DNA of 64,000 bases from Takakia lepidozioides (lineage: Eukaryota > Plantae > Bryophyta): contig CM060733.1 in NCBI GenBank assembly GCA_030704615.1, forward strand, positions 69,874,001 through 69,938,000, written 5' to 3'. The notes beneath the pieces were generated by a model. The model saw only the letters and a list, made by a program, of their open reading frames with translations, was not told the origin of the DNA and ran no database searches. Shown here piece by piece: positions 63,840 to 64,000 of the stretch (the stretch's first letter is position 1; each line of letters opens with the position of its first letter). The translations under genes and the position numbers were made by a program.

Positions 63840-64000
63840 GCATATCGCTATCACTCTTTAAAATAGAAGTCGAGCCAGGGGCACCCCAAGCTATGGGGAC
63901 TCCACCCCACAACAACCTACACTCCCATCATAAGCACACTCAGATCTAAACGCATGAAGGAGCTCAGTCGCGCAGGCTCAACTCGAGAGAGATGAGCTGC
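63840..64000 (-). repeat. Diverged homologue of repeat A, running off the window edge
   Basis: Minus strand gctcatctctctcgagttgagcct and gtggagtccccatagcttggggtgcccctggctcgactt match A1 gctcatctttctcgagttgagcct and gtggattccccatggcgtggggtgcacttggcttgactt. Same orientation as the gag at 60633. Confidence 0.8.

Overview
Eukaryotic nuclear DNA from a non-seed land plant or streptophyte; bryophyte-grade is inferred from gene and TE content. The left half (1-29 kb) carries three intron-rich minus-strand host genes: a plastid-type RNase II/RNR1 whose introns hold stacked non-LTR retrotransposon copies, a HUA1-like CCCH zinc-finger gene and a DUF819 membrane-protein gene. The right half is almost entirely transposon-derived. 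The main result is a young Ty3/gypsy-type retrotransposon at 32642-43706 with TGTC...GACA termini and a 4-bp ACTA target duplication. (i) It lacks ordinary flanking LTRs and has split direct repeats, A1-internal-B1-GC-A2-B2, an architecture I know from tyrosine-recombinase Ngaro/PAT elements, although it encodes a DDE integrase. (ii) It carries a DNMT3-like C5 cytosine methyltransferase between protease and RT, and a PHD finger after the integrase. (iii) It has no tRNA-type PBS; instead a 17-nt segment directly after A1 is complementary to a hairpin loop inside A, suggesting self-priming. Two more fragments of the family and a diverged A repeat lie further right. Also present: a hAT-type MITE with a perfect 8-bp TSD, a truncated MULE/SWIM-type transposase, and a decayed multi-exon gene with a ParB-like DGNHR motif interspersed with about 19 copies of a 24-bp palindrome. 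All calls come from motif reading by eye; no database search was run.
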